Shown: positions 1 through 12,600 of the stretch, in pieces
Layout of the letters: the number at the start of each line of letters is the position of its first letter
How positions within the stretch are numbered: position 1 is the stretch's first letter
From: Macrostomum lignano
Lineage: Eukaryota
Direction of reading: 5' to 3'
Length of the DNA stretch: 64,000 nucleotides
Assembly: GCA_002269645.1 (NCBI GenBank)
Contig: NIVC01000227.1
Location: 186,001 to 250,000, forward strand
Made by a program: the position numbers and the translations under genes
The notes under the pieces: model-generated
Database searches by the model: none
Told to the model about the DNA's origin: nothing
Seen by the model: the letters and a program-made list of their open reading frames with translations, nothing else

Positions 1-252
1 CCCAGGGCGCGCTTCAAGGCCAGGTCGCGGATGAACGCCCACGCCGCCGGCCGAATCTGGGGCGCCGGCGTCAGCCACCAGGCAGTCGACGAAACGCCGA
101 GTGCGCGTCTGCCCTCGCCGGTAGGGTGCCTGCAGCGTTAGCAGCAGCACCTCCTGCACGGGCTCGGCGCGGATGATGTGGCCTGCCAGCTGGAGTCACC
201 GACGGCGCAACAGGTCGCTTGGACGGACCAGGCCGGCGTGGCGATACTGCAT
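1..252 (-). mobile_element. Degenerate non-LTR retrotransposon (LINE) ORF2 C-terminal remnant
   Basis: Minus strand reads MQYRHAGLVRPSDLLRRR*LQLAGHIIRAEPVQEVLLLTLQAPYRRGQTRTRRFVDCLVADAG. The RR.LQLAGHIIR motif is typical of the post-RT C-terminus of RTE-like LINEs. There is an in-frame TGA at 196-198. Truncated by the window edge. Confidence 0.6.
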
Positions 253-1038
253 GGAAATCACTGAAAAATAAAAAATGACTCAATTTCTGAACTAATTTAC
301 AGTCCTCAAAATGTACAGAATGGGCTGTAGCTTTCGAGTGCTCAAATTGCGATTCTGAGGGTGAAATAGAGCGCAGCTCACTTACACAACGCACTGCAAC
401 GACCTTTGCGGACTGTTACGGACTTGCAGTCACGGACTGAGCACTGAAATCGTTACATCTCATGAAAGTCACCGATTTTCGCTTGGACGGACTCGGAAGT
501 TGGCGGTTCTATTGTCCATCGATATTGAAGATCAACTTGCAAGTGCGTGGGAGCAGCAGGTCTCCGTGTCATAAAGCCGGATAAGCTGCATTACCGCCTG
601 CAACAACACCCGCCCTTTTGGCGTTCAGAGAGGGCCTCGAATTCCTCTAAAAACAACATCTAACACTCGACTCAAAACTCCAAACGCAGTCTCATTCCAT
701 ACGGTAGCAGCTCACAGGGATAAGAGAAACTTTTCTGCGCCATAGCCGAATCGTGTCGATAAGAGTAGCGGGCTCCGAGCTGTTATCGAATTTCTTGACT
801 TCATCACCAATATAAGGTAAAGCTTCGAAGCGTGACTGGAAACTTCATAAAACTGCCCGGCAAGAGAGTGTCGCTAGCGGCAGCAGGATATGAATTATTT
901 CGATCAACAACCTGCGATAAGCAGCAGTCCCAACAAAGACAGACGGGCTTGTCACCTGGAACCAGCCGCTCGCGCCCATAAAAAGAGCTTCGGCTGAGTA
1001 GCCAGTCGAGCAATTCTTACTCAGAGATTCTTGCGAGC

Positions 1039-2572
1039 ATGTCCTTCCCGGATTTCAGCGGCCTGATTCACCTCGGCGGCGGCAGCAGCCATCGCTCCGG
1101 GCTGAGAAGCATGCGGCTGTCACGCGACCCGGAGTCGCCCGTACGCGTCTGCGTCAGCCTGCTGGGCGCCAGCGGGGTCGGCAAGTCCGCCTTCGCCGTG
1201 CGCCTGATGACGCAACGGTTTATCGGCGAGTACAGCGACAAGCTGGGTGCGCTCAGGTTGTCAAATGGCTCAATCTGCAAACTTTTAGGCACTTACATCC
1301 GCATTTAAACACTTGCTAACATTTCAGAGGGTGTCTACACCAGACAGGAAAGCGTTGGCGGCTACTACTTCGAAATGAATCTCAAGGACACGATAGACAA
1401 GGTAAAATAAAATCAGAACTGTTTTGAGTTCTTCGAACTGAGGTGCTTTTACGAGCCCCACATTTCGCATTGCCTGCATTGGTTTATGCAGGCACTCTCT
1501 GAACCAACAAAGTTCAACCCGAATAAAAAAGATTAGGAGGAAACTTGGGGCGCTTGCAACATCGGCCTGCAACCAGCGCTGAAAGTATTTTGCTCTCATG
1601 CACACGCTCACAAACCAACTTACGAGAGAAAAAACAAAATATTTAATGCACCAAAGTTGTAAAAACTATTTCAGGAACACCTCAATCTGGCCAGCATTTG
1701 TCAGTGGAGCCACGTCGCCATGGTGATGTACGCCATAGACGATCGGAGCACCTACCAACGGGCACTGGGCATTCTGGAGCAGCTCAGCCGTCACGACCAG
1801 GCCAGGGAGGTCACTCTGGCGTTGGTTGGCAACAAGGCTGATCTGGATGACAAACGGTTCGCAGTTTACAGCTCGCTCGATAGACACAATTGGCAGACAA
1901 TGCCATGGTTTTTGTCACAAAAAACGCACAATGATGACGCACAAATATGACACAATAAATGAGTTTAGCAGACACAGTCAGGATAGGAGCTCACAGAGAA
2001 ACCGTAAATTAGGGGTAAATTCCAAAGACACCATAAAATGGTAGCACAGAGTTTATGACGAACTCAATGGCCCAATCAAGGAACCTATTTTTGCACAACG
2101 CAGTCGCGTGACGGCCCTCGAAGCGCTGGCCGCGGCCAGAGAAGAAGACGGCCAGTTCGCCGAGCTGTCGGTGGCCGAAGAGCCGCAGGAGCCGAGCCGC
2201 CTGATGCGCCGTCTGCTTGGCCAGCACGCCGCCAACTGTCAGGCGCACCAGCGTGAGCGCCAGCTGCTCCTGCTGGGCCCCGGAGATGGCGGCGCAAGCG
2301 GCGGCGCCGGTAGCGGAAGCCGCAGCGCCGGCAGCCGATCCCGAGGCAGCAGCCCCTGCGGACCCGGCGGGCTGGGCTGCTCCGGCGCTTCCGCCTCGGG
2401 CTCGATGCACTCTTCCAGCAAGCGGCAGCAGAAAAAGTCCATTGAGCTGGCGATACTGCGCAGCTCGGAGACGCCCGTCAGCGCGGCAGTTGCCGCGGGC
2501 GGGACCTCGGCGCCAGTGAAGAAAAACTCGACGCCTTTCAAAGCGCTGAAGGAGCGATTCGCTTGGAAGTGA
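1039..2572 (+). CDS. Atypical Ras-family small GTPase (RERG/RASL11/RASL12-like), 4 exons
   Basis: Exons 1039-1246, 1328-1401, 1675-1856 and 2104-2572 with GT-AG introns in matching phase. Motifs: G1 GASGVGKS, FIGEY effector region, G3 position DTID, G4 LVGNKAD, G5-like ELSVAE. Long Gly/Ser tail ending KERFAWK, with no CAAX. Confidence 0.85.
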
Positions 2573-4999
2573 CACTGGGATGGAAGTGACACACTTGGAA
2601 GTGAAGTGCTTGGAAGTGACACACTCGAAAAGCAGGCAAATTTCACTGGCAATGCATAATGGTATCGACATTATCAGCAATTGGCAACATCCTAACCCCA
2701 TTGAACTTCCGAAATCTAAATCATGAAATTATGTGTCTGTGCAAAGTTTGATTCTTGAGTTAGTATTTACGTACAAGTTTCAAGAAGTTGTAAAAAATGC
2801 GATAAAAAATTCGTTAAAAATTATCTTGAGAAAATTTTGAACGTCCATTACAGCACATGCATTACAACACACTAATCTATTCCAAAAGGAAACCTCAGCA
2901 GCGGTTCATTATTTTACACCGCCCCTGAGTCACTCCGCACAGAGGTCGAGCTGCAAAGCATGCGTGTCTGAAAACTTTTTTTCAGATCTGGTTGTGCGGC
3001 AGAAAAGATAACTCCTGTAGGCAGGTACAGAAAATTAACTCTAAGTCCATATTTAGGTGTGTACAATTTGTACCGAACCGAGGGTCCCTGCAAGTTTAAA
3101 ACCTGTACTCTAGTGTTTTCACTGTATGCTTATCTTCAATTGATGGTGCAACCGAGAAATTTATTCCACCGTTAAACTGCTTGAAAATAGTTGGGGTAGA
3201 CAGAAACGCGTCGCACAAGCTGATTGTGAGTTTTATTCTTCCAATATTGACCTGCTTCAAATTCAGAAAAGTTTTGGGGGACGGGGTTCGTGTGATGGAT
3301 TTCTGAGACAAACGAACTGAGGACAACTGACGGATTCACCATCTGGACAGGAAATAGCAAGAAGTTAGACGTCTCTGCAACAAACCATTGGCTTCATTCA
3401 TCCTAACTTACATGTATTTGGTCCCAAAGTCCTAACACTCACATGAGGTTTCAAAAATGTCGTTTGAGTCCTGCCTAGCTAGCTAGATAGATAGCTAGAT
3501 ACCGACAGACCATTTTTAGTATATGGACTTTAGCTTCCCCCTCCCCAAATCTCAGTCCCCCAGTTGACGTACGAACTATATTTGCAGTTGACTTATATTT
3601 CCACGGGCCTTTGGTGATTTTTTATCCTGTAGCTGGAAATTCTGAAAAATCGGGATGAAATTGTTTTAAATGTACGAGTATACATGTAGTAACTCTTCTA
3701 TTAAGATGAAGATTCGAGTAAATGAGCATAAGTTTCAATTCTGACTTCCCCAGAGTATGACACCCGAGAAATGCATGACTTCATCAACATTAAATTTGTG
3801 CTTCAAGTATTACCGCAGTGTGTATTAAAACAAAGCTGTTTTTTTGCTTTCGGCCTATCTATAATTAATGCAATCCATCCATCTTGTCACTTTACGTGGT
3901 GTGCACGAGTTTTTTTCTCTTATTTAGCTTCTCAGAGTAAATATTATCTTAAGGCTCGGAAATTAAAAATTTAAATTTAGACCTTTATTGCCATTATTGT
4001 CATTATTACCATCCCATCATATCAAATCCCAAGCAAGTTAGATTGCCTCAATTATGTATTATTTAATATTATGTATTATTTACTTAAGACGAAGTTGATC
4101 AATGTAACATTTATACAAAATGCATATTTTATTTACAAATTGCTAGTTCTAACTCTTAGGAAGTTTGGGCCTACCTTGGCGGCCATAGGCCAGAGCCCTA
4201 GCCAGGTCTATTTTTGTTGAATTTTCTTTTCTAGGCTATAGCCTTGCAGAAGAGCTTGTACAGGCTGGACCAGGGTGTACTTCATACACCAAGCGTGCGA
4301 AACAAAAAAAATTGACCAAGAAAGGTGTATAGAATAGCAGTAGATTTTTTGCCAGAAAAATTTTTTGCCACAGTGTGCATATTGTTGCATGTCAGATTTA
4401 TTTTAAATATAGCAATAATAGCGCCAATATTAATTTACTAAAGCTCCCTCAGACCCCACAAAGTTTTTTACACACATGCATAATATAATTTTGTTATTTT
4501 CCACGCAGAACATGTTATTTCTTTTTAGATAAATTTCACCTTGGAGCTGGAGGCTAGACCCTGGTTGCTTCTTGTCCATTGCAAACTGCAGCTGCAGACA
4601 GACTACACATGGATATGCGCCTGCCATTTTGTATCTAAGTGCTTAGATTGCTGTCAGTGAATGAGACAGATGAATTTTGAACAGGGCATGAAATTTACCC
4701 AGTTTTTATCCCTTTAAACAAGTAAATTAGTCTCGACCAATAAGAGAAATGGAAAAAAGCTACACCAGATTTTATATGAAGAAGAGGTTTGTTTAATGCG
4801 AAATACATTTACACCTCTTTAGGGCCCTACTATAAGTAGGAACTTAAGACTCGTAACCATTTTTGTCTTTAGCCTTGCAATATGCTAATAAAATTTTGAC
4901 TGCCTGTCTAAACCCCCCCCCATTGCAACCCTACATCTCCCTACCCAAAGCTATCCAATAGTAAACCAGCTGTCATTTTCCGTGACCCCCACCTCAGCT

Positions 5000-6241
5000 A
5001 TGGCCATCTTGGTGTGTGGCCATCTTGGTCTTATACCGTTAGTAGGGGGCTGATGCTTGCATTGCACTCAATACCTATCAAAGGAAAAATGGATTTTTAG
5101 GGGGTGCTAAGGTTGCATGACTATAGGCCTGATATTGACTTTAGTTTTATTCTTTCTTTGTATTAATAGGCCTAATATATATTATTGGCTAAATAAATAT
5201 TCTAAAATTACAAAGTACCTTATTAGTTAGGCCTAATAATCAGATGATTATTATATTTTTTTAGATTTTAAAGACTCAAGATTGGCTTCCAGACAATCCG
5301 GTGACAAGACGATCCGGCAACAGACAATCTGGCGACAGTCAATCTGGTGACAGATAATCTGGCGACAGATATTAAATCAACATATATTAGCATATATATA
5401 GATTAGTTGAGCTACTATTTTAGCTCTTTGTACTTGTACTTAAATACTTTAATAATAATTACTTAAACTACAATTGTTGCAGTTATTACTATTGTACTTA
5501 TAGCTGTTGATTTTCAAAATATCATTTTCAAAGAAAGCTACCCCTTTAAAAATAGGCTTAGCTTGTTTTTTACTGCCGAGTTTTATATTTATACATGTAC
5601 ATGCAAAAAAGCAAATAGTGTAGAATATAATATTGGATCATAGTCATACAAATTTGATTTCCAAGCAGATTTAACTGATAAAATTGTATTCAGAAAGAAA
5701 TTAATCTAGAATTTAGCTAAAACAATCCAGAAAAATTAGCCAGCAAAACACAACCTTTCTTTGAAAATAACATTTTGAAAATCAACAGCTATGTACAGCT
5801 GTAAAAATAAAACTGCAAAAATTATAATTCAGGTAGTTGTTATTTAATTATTTAAGTATTACTTTGTAATAATTAAGAGCTAAAAATAATAACTTAACTA
5901 TATGCTGATATATTTTGATTTAATATCTGTCGCCGGATCGTCTGTCGCCGGATTGACTGTCACCAGATTGTCTGTCGCCGGATTGTCTGGATACCCTCAA
6001 GATCTATGCTTTCAAGATAATCAAGATTTGAGATTAAGTCTAATTAGTATCTAGCCTTATCTATTAGAAGTGGACACTGGACAAAAGGCATCCAATTGTC
6101 TGTCACCATTTTTGGAATTTTCTAGTATTGCGTTGTGGCTAGATACTAGAGTCAACACAGATGGTAATGTAGTGCATTGTGGTTTTGGATAAACAGCAAG
6201 AGTGGTATAAGACCAAGATGGCCACACACAAAGATGGCCAT
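5000..6241. repeat. 38-bp inverted repeat pair (5000-5037 and 6204-6241), probable DNA-transposon termini
   Basis: atggccatcttggtgtgtggccatcttggtcttatacc versus ggtataagaccaagatggccacacacaaagatggccat match at 37/38 as reverse complements. No TSD identified. Confidence 0.6.
5284..5995. mobile_element. Foldback MITE, Mutator-like
   Basis: GG...CC termini (ggcttccagacaatccgg / ccggattgtctggatacc). Imperfect inverted arms of about 250 bp carry tandem ~15-bp subterminal repeats (gacaatc[c/t]ggcgaca). Flanked by a 9-bp TSD, ctcaagatt (5275-5283) / ctcaagatc (5996-6004). Confidence 0.8.
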
Positions 6242-7689
6242 CATATTGAATCTCTATTAGGGCCTATATCTAATCTGATCTCTTTCTACCATTAATTAGC
6301 AACTTAATAGCTACTGTTATATTAGTTATTATGTAGCATGTTTAATCAATTATATTTATAATTACTAATACAATAATAAATTTGAAACTAATTACCCATA
6401 ATGTAAAAACATAATTTAGTGTTTGTGCCAATATATTTTCTATCATTGCATCTATAAAATATATCACTATTAGTTTATAAAGAAACTATTGTTAGTTGCA
6501 ATGCTATGTAAAAAATGGGATAAATATGCAACAATGTTGTTTGTACTAGGCTACTTGCTTTATTTAGTAGATAAATTAATCTATAGGTCAGGCTATAATA
6601 AAAGCTGAAGCCAAAAAGAATGATTATAATGTAATATAGTTCCATTATAGCATTTATCTCCTCAAGACTTGAAGATTGACATCTAATGCAAATTACTATC
6701 AATTAGAAATAAGTGAAATATATAGACTTACACTTATAATTATTGATTTAAATATTTAGAGCTATAGCCATCTTGGTCATGTGCTGCAAGAGTAACTATA
6801 ACTGTCTTATTAAGGCTAAATGCTTCATTATCTAATTAGTACTATACCTATATTTGGTATAAAAGTTAATGTGTAATATTTATCTAATATCAGACAAATA
6901 ATTTCATTGTTATTTATCTAGTACCAGATGAATAACTTCATTGTTATTTATCCGGTACTGGATGAATAGTCACTGCCTATTAATATGGTATTTAAAATAA
7001 ACACTAGTATGTAAATTAGTTTTATATACTGTGTAGCTTATAGTACTCATAGCTATATAGGCTTTAGTCTAATTATATTTGACCACACATATATCTTCTG
7101 AAAGTGAATAAGTCATTGACATTAGTTTAGTTAGTTTCTTTTGAAATACCCTTTGTACTTTGCATTATTAATAGTACAATACAAGTAAGTACTACGATCT
7201 AAAAGATGCTAAGCTATAAACACTGTAAACACACAAAATGCCTAAAACTTAGTCTAGGCCCTACTGACTTTAGTTAGTTATAAAACTATAAAAATAAAAG
7301 ATAGGCCTACATCATACAAGGACAAATATTGAGGAATTCCTGATAGGATAACTTTTTTGAATTTTTGAGCTACAATTATAGACCCTATATTGCATATTTA
7401 CAGGTTTTTTACACTTATTTTAGTCTGGGCATCTAGTAAGCCTATTTATACTATTCTACTTATCAATTCTAATATTTTTATTTATTAAATGTGCACAATG
7501 ATGAGAAAAACAGTTCATATAATACTTAGCTTGTTAATAACTTGATATAGGCCTATATTAAATATAAATATAATAATACTATAGTCATCAATAGTCACAT
7601 AGTCACATATCTTGACTATTTTTTCAAGAATCCAAGATTGAAATCAAGATCTTGTCTTGTCTAATAAAGACCTTAACTTCTATTAATGA

Positions 7690-8461
7690 CAAAAGTGTTA
7701 GTGTTAAACAAAAAAATCTTAATTTATTAACTCTTTATTTCATTAAGTTAACTTGAAGTTAACACAGAAAATATAGAAATCTTGCATTTTTCCCAAAAGA
7801 GACTTCCATAATACACTGTCTTTGCTTTTCTACCTTTTTAGCAAAATACAGAGGTCATCTAAGGGATTTAAAAGCTAAAAAAGTAATAAATAATAATTTT
7901 TAAAACTTCATGTTTACTACTACTAAAAGTAAGCATAAAATAAATGAAGTAACTTGTTTATTTGAAACTTAAAAGCTAATTAGTTAATAATAAAATACAA
8001 ATAGGAAGGTTTGTTTCAGTAGCATTAGCAAGCGTTGCAGAAATTTACAAAACATTGGGGAAGAAGTGAATCAAAGCAATCAATGCTCATATGCAAGCAA
8101 TAAAGTTCACAATTTTAATTCATTATTAAAGCTCATTAGTTTAAGAAGTTGTTACATTTGCATGGTCATCCTTATAAAGAAAAATATTAATTAGGCATTT
8201 AGATAAATTCAAATACATTTTGTAATGTTCTAATTTCTTGTCAGACCTATATTTCTTTCTTTACATCTTTTGGTCATTGACATTGTCATTAACATAAATG
8301 ATGAATTTGTTGTTAACTCACAAAATTATTTATGCAAATTCATTAATCCATTAGTGCAAAAAAATCTTAATGGTAGTCTGTTAATGTTAATGAAATATCT
8401 TAATGCTTATTAATGCTTATTAATGGATTAACACTTATTAATAGACTGGTGCCTAACACTG
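7690..8461. mobile_element. Degenerate copy of the CAGTG-terminal MITE family (related to 27893-28520)
   Basis: Ends gtgcctaacactg at 8461. Internal segments (e.g. cttgcatttttcccaaaagagacttccataatac) visibly match the copy at 27893-28520. The left end is eroded. Confidence 0.55.
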
Positions 8462-9351
8462 GATAGGGGGTGTTTATTCATTGTCATTTCATTTATCATT
8501 AGCCATTGATTGATATGCTTAAGCCTATTTAATGCCTTTGCATAACATTTTTGAGATAATAATAATTATTGCCTATTTAAAAAAGTATAATATATAATTT
8601 ATGTGTAAATTATTCTTTGTAAATAATTTCATGTAAATTATATAAATTAAACTATTTATATAATTTATATTATCTATACAATGTTAGATGTATGGATTGA
8701 TTTAGTAAATAAAAATTATATAATCATATATGTTATAAATATATAATTTGTGTTATAATAAAAAAACAAAAAAACAAAATAAAAGAAAAAGTAACAAAAA
8801 AGTGCACAGATAACCATAGTGCCATTTTGCACCTTTAGTCCAAACCACAGATACTAAACTAACTAGGTAGGTCACTCAGGCATATATACTTTGTAAAACA
8901 GCTTCCTATTTTCAGTTTAGTAGCAAAGAAGAATGAATAGCTATTTTATTAGAATTAAATTGGAAAGGTACAGTTAGAAGTTTGAGACTAGGAGAGGGGA
9001 TAAGAGCTAATAAATTAGCTTAGGCTTTAAGAATATATATTCAAATGTTTTTGTTTAACTTACTACTAAACTGAAAGTAGTTTATACACAAATGTGATAA
9101 GTGGCCCAGATAATTATTCTAGTATCTGTTGTCCAAACTTAAGATGCCAATGAGGATATAAAAAATAAATTGAAAAATACCCATAGCACTACTTTACCTT
9201 ATATACTTCTAACCCTTGCTGACCCACAGAAGTCTAGACTATGTTTATAGATTACAAAGTTGACAATTGAAAGAAGTTATGAAATCTCAAGAATCCCTTA
9301 GGATGCCAAAATGAAAATAAATGTCATGACATATGCCATTGTATATAAGAC

Positions 9352-9530
9352 CAATGAGCTTGGGGCACTGGGGGCACTTGCCCCCCCCCCAGAAAATGTG
9401 CCCACGTGGTAATTTTTAGTGCTATTTCTGATTTTAGGCCCTAATTAGCAGCTTATAAAGGTACCTGTGCCCCCTTGCCCTGTGCCTGGTGCCCCCCCCC
9501 CCCCTAAAATATTAGGCTCCGCCGCCCCTG
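9352..9530. mobile_element. Short hAT-like non-autonomous insertion
   Basis: CA...TG termini, ending ggctccgccgcccctg. Flanked by a perfect 8-bp direct repeat tataagac (9344-9351, 9531-9538). The left TIR is poorly matched. Confidence 0.55.
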
Positions 9531-9671
9531 TATAAGACCTAGGCAAGATGCCAATTCTTTGTTGTAATGAACTAAATAAAATATATTATACTTTATTTAC
9601 ATGTACAAATATGGGGAAGTTAAGCAACACTTGTTTATTTGCTGATTTTTTCAGGCTGCTATTTGCACTCA

Positions 9672-12600
9672 ATGTCTTTGTCATCGGGCCCACCACCGCC
9701 TAATTCTCAATCCTCTAATGCTGTAGCAACAGAGGACAGCAGCTCAAAAGAGACAGACGCCCTAGTGCATTTCTTGCGGGGTGCTCCGCCAACCTCTGGT
9801 GCCAGCCAGGGTCAGCTGGACAGCTTGCACCAGCCTTCTGGAGCCATTCATCCTGCAAGCTTGCCTGTCACTTCGCTTGTGTCTGGCGTCAATAGAAATC
9901 AGCATCAGTCTAAACCAGGTGAGCAGCACCAGCTTCTCGAATCTTCAATTCCAATTCTAGATCCCAATTCTCAGATCCCCAATCCCAGTTTGCCAGTCCC
10001 AGATCCCCAATCCCAGTTTGCCAGTCCCAGATCCCCAATCCCAGATCCCCAATCTCCGATCCCCAATCCCGGTTCCCCAACCCCAGTTTCCCAATCCCGG
10101 ATCCCCAATCCCGGATCCCCGATCCCAGATACCCGATCCTAGATCCCCGATCCCGGATCCCCGATCCCGGGTCCCCGATCCCGGATCCCCGATCCCGGAT
10201 CCCCGATCCCGTATCCCCGATCCCGGATCCCCGATCCCGGATCCCCGATCCCGGATCCCCGATCCCGGATCCCCGATCCCGGATCCCCGATCCCGGATCC
10301 CCGATCCCGGATCCCCGATCCCGGATCCCCGATCCCGGATCCCCGATCCCGGATCCCCGATCCCAGATACCCGATCCTAGATCCCCAATCTCCGATCCCA
10401 GATCCCTAATCCAGGATTCCCAAATCCCAGATCCCTAATCCAGGATTCCCAAATCCCAGATCCAGAATCCTAGATCCCCGATCCAAGATCCCCGATTCCA
10501 GATCCTCAATCCTGGATTCCAAATCCCAGATCCCCAATCCTGGTTCCCAAATCCCAAATTTTGGATCCTTAATCCCAGATCCCCGATCCTAGATCCCCGA
10601 TCCTAGATCCCCGATCCTAGATCCTCGATCCTAGATCCCCGATCCTAGATCCCCGATCCTAGATCCCCGATCCTAGATCCCCGATCCTAGATCCCCGATC
10701 CTAGATCCCCGATCCTAGATCCCCGATCCTAGATCCCCGATCCTAGATCCCCGATCCCAGATCCCAATCCCACACCCCCAATCTCGGTTCCCAAATTTTG
10801 GATCCCCAATCCCAGTTGCGAAACGCACGCAGCCACCCAATCAGAATTCGGCACCAAACCCTCAGGCGGAGGCAACTACAGCGCATTCAGCGAAGCTTCT
10901 TCCACGGCTGTCGCCGGCGCACCAGCAGCTTCAGGCGGTCCTCTCGGCGCTTCAGACGAGGAAATGATCGACCTGACGCCCGGTCAGGATAATCCATTTC
11001 GTGACCCGTTCGGGGCCCAATCTGCGGCTCTGTCGCAGCACCGGCGCGAGACCGCCACTGCTATGGGAAATCTTGGCGGCGGCCGCAGGAGGTCCAGCAG
11101 CGGCGGGGACGACTTTGTGGATCTGGGTAAGTTCTGAGCACTGTCCTAGTCCTCAGAATTCTCCCAGATCAGGTCCTCATTGAATTCTCCCAGATCCTCA
11201 CTGAATTCCCCCAGATCATCACTGAATTCTCCCAGATCCTCAACGAATTCTCCCAGATCCTCATTGAATTCTCCCAGATCCTCATTGAATTCTCCCAGAT
11301 CCTCATTGAATTCTCCCAGATCCTCAACGAATTCTCCCAGATCCTCATTGAATTCTCCCAGATCCTCACTGAATTCTCCCAGATCCTCACTGAAGTCTCC
11401 CAGATCCTCACTGAATTCTCCCAGATCCTTACTGAATTCTCCCAGATCCTTCCTGAATTCCCCCAGATCCTCACTGAATTCCCCCAGATCATCACTGAAT
11501 TCTCCCAGATCCTCAATAAATTCTCCCAGATCCTCATTGAGTTCTCCCAGATCCTCAACGAATACTCCCAGATCCTCATTGAATTCTCCCAGATCCTCAA
11601 CGAATACTCCCAGATCCTCATTGAATTCTCCCAGATCCTCAATGAATTCTCCCAGATCCTCAATGAATTCTCCCAGATCCTCAACGAATTCTCCCAGATC
11701 CTCAATAAATTATCCCAGATCCTCACTGAATTCCCCCAGATCATCACTGAATTCCCCCCAGATCCTCACTGAATTCTCCCAGATCCTCAACAAATTCTCC
11801 ATATCCATATCTTCATTGAATTCTTCCAGATCCTCACTGAATTCTCCCAGATCCTCACTGAATTCTCCCAGATCCTCACTGAAGTCTCCCAGATCCTCAC
11901 TGAATTCTCCCAGATCCTTACTGAATTCTCCCAGATCCTTCCTGAATTCCCCCAGATCCTCACTGAATTCCCCCAGATCATCACTGAATTCTCCCAGATC
12001 CTCCCTGAATTCCCCCAGATCCTCACTGAATTCCCCCAGATCCTCACTGAATTCCCCCAGATCATCACTGAATTCTCCCAGATCCTCAACGAATACTCCC
12101 AGATCCTCATTGAATTCTCCCAGATCCTCAATGAATTCTCCCAGATCCTCAACGAATACTCCCAGATCCTCACTGAATTCCCCCCAGATCCTCACTGAAT
12201 TCTCCCAGATCCTCTATCTATGAATTCTCCCAGATCCTTACTGAATTCTCCCAGAACCTCACTGAATTCTCCCAGATCCTCACTGAATTCCCCCAGATCA
12301 TCACTAAATTCTCCCAGATCCTCCCTGAATTCCCCCAGATCCTCACTGAATTCCCCCAGATCATCACTGAATTCTCCCAGATCCTCAATAAATTCTCCCA
12401 GATCCTCATTGAGTTCTCCCAGATCCTCAACGAATACTCCCAGATCCTCATTGAATTCTCCCAGATCCTCAACGAATACTCCCAGATCCTCATTGAATTC
12501 TCCCAGATCCTCAATGAATTCTCCCAGATCCTCAATGAATTCTCCCAGATCCTCAACGAATTCTCCCAGATCCTCAATAAATTATCCCAGATCCTCACTG

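Noticed and set aside
3096-3360. Short minus-strand ORFs downstream of the Ras-like gene
   Set aside because: No motifs, no coding-type codon bias, and no compatible neighbouring exons.
9919-10380. IPDP-repeat ORFs (3' part of 9639-10142; 10018-10380)
   Set aside because: They are translations of the intronic minisatellite; the real exon ends at the donor 9918|gtgagc.
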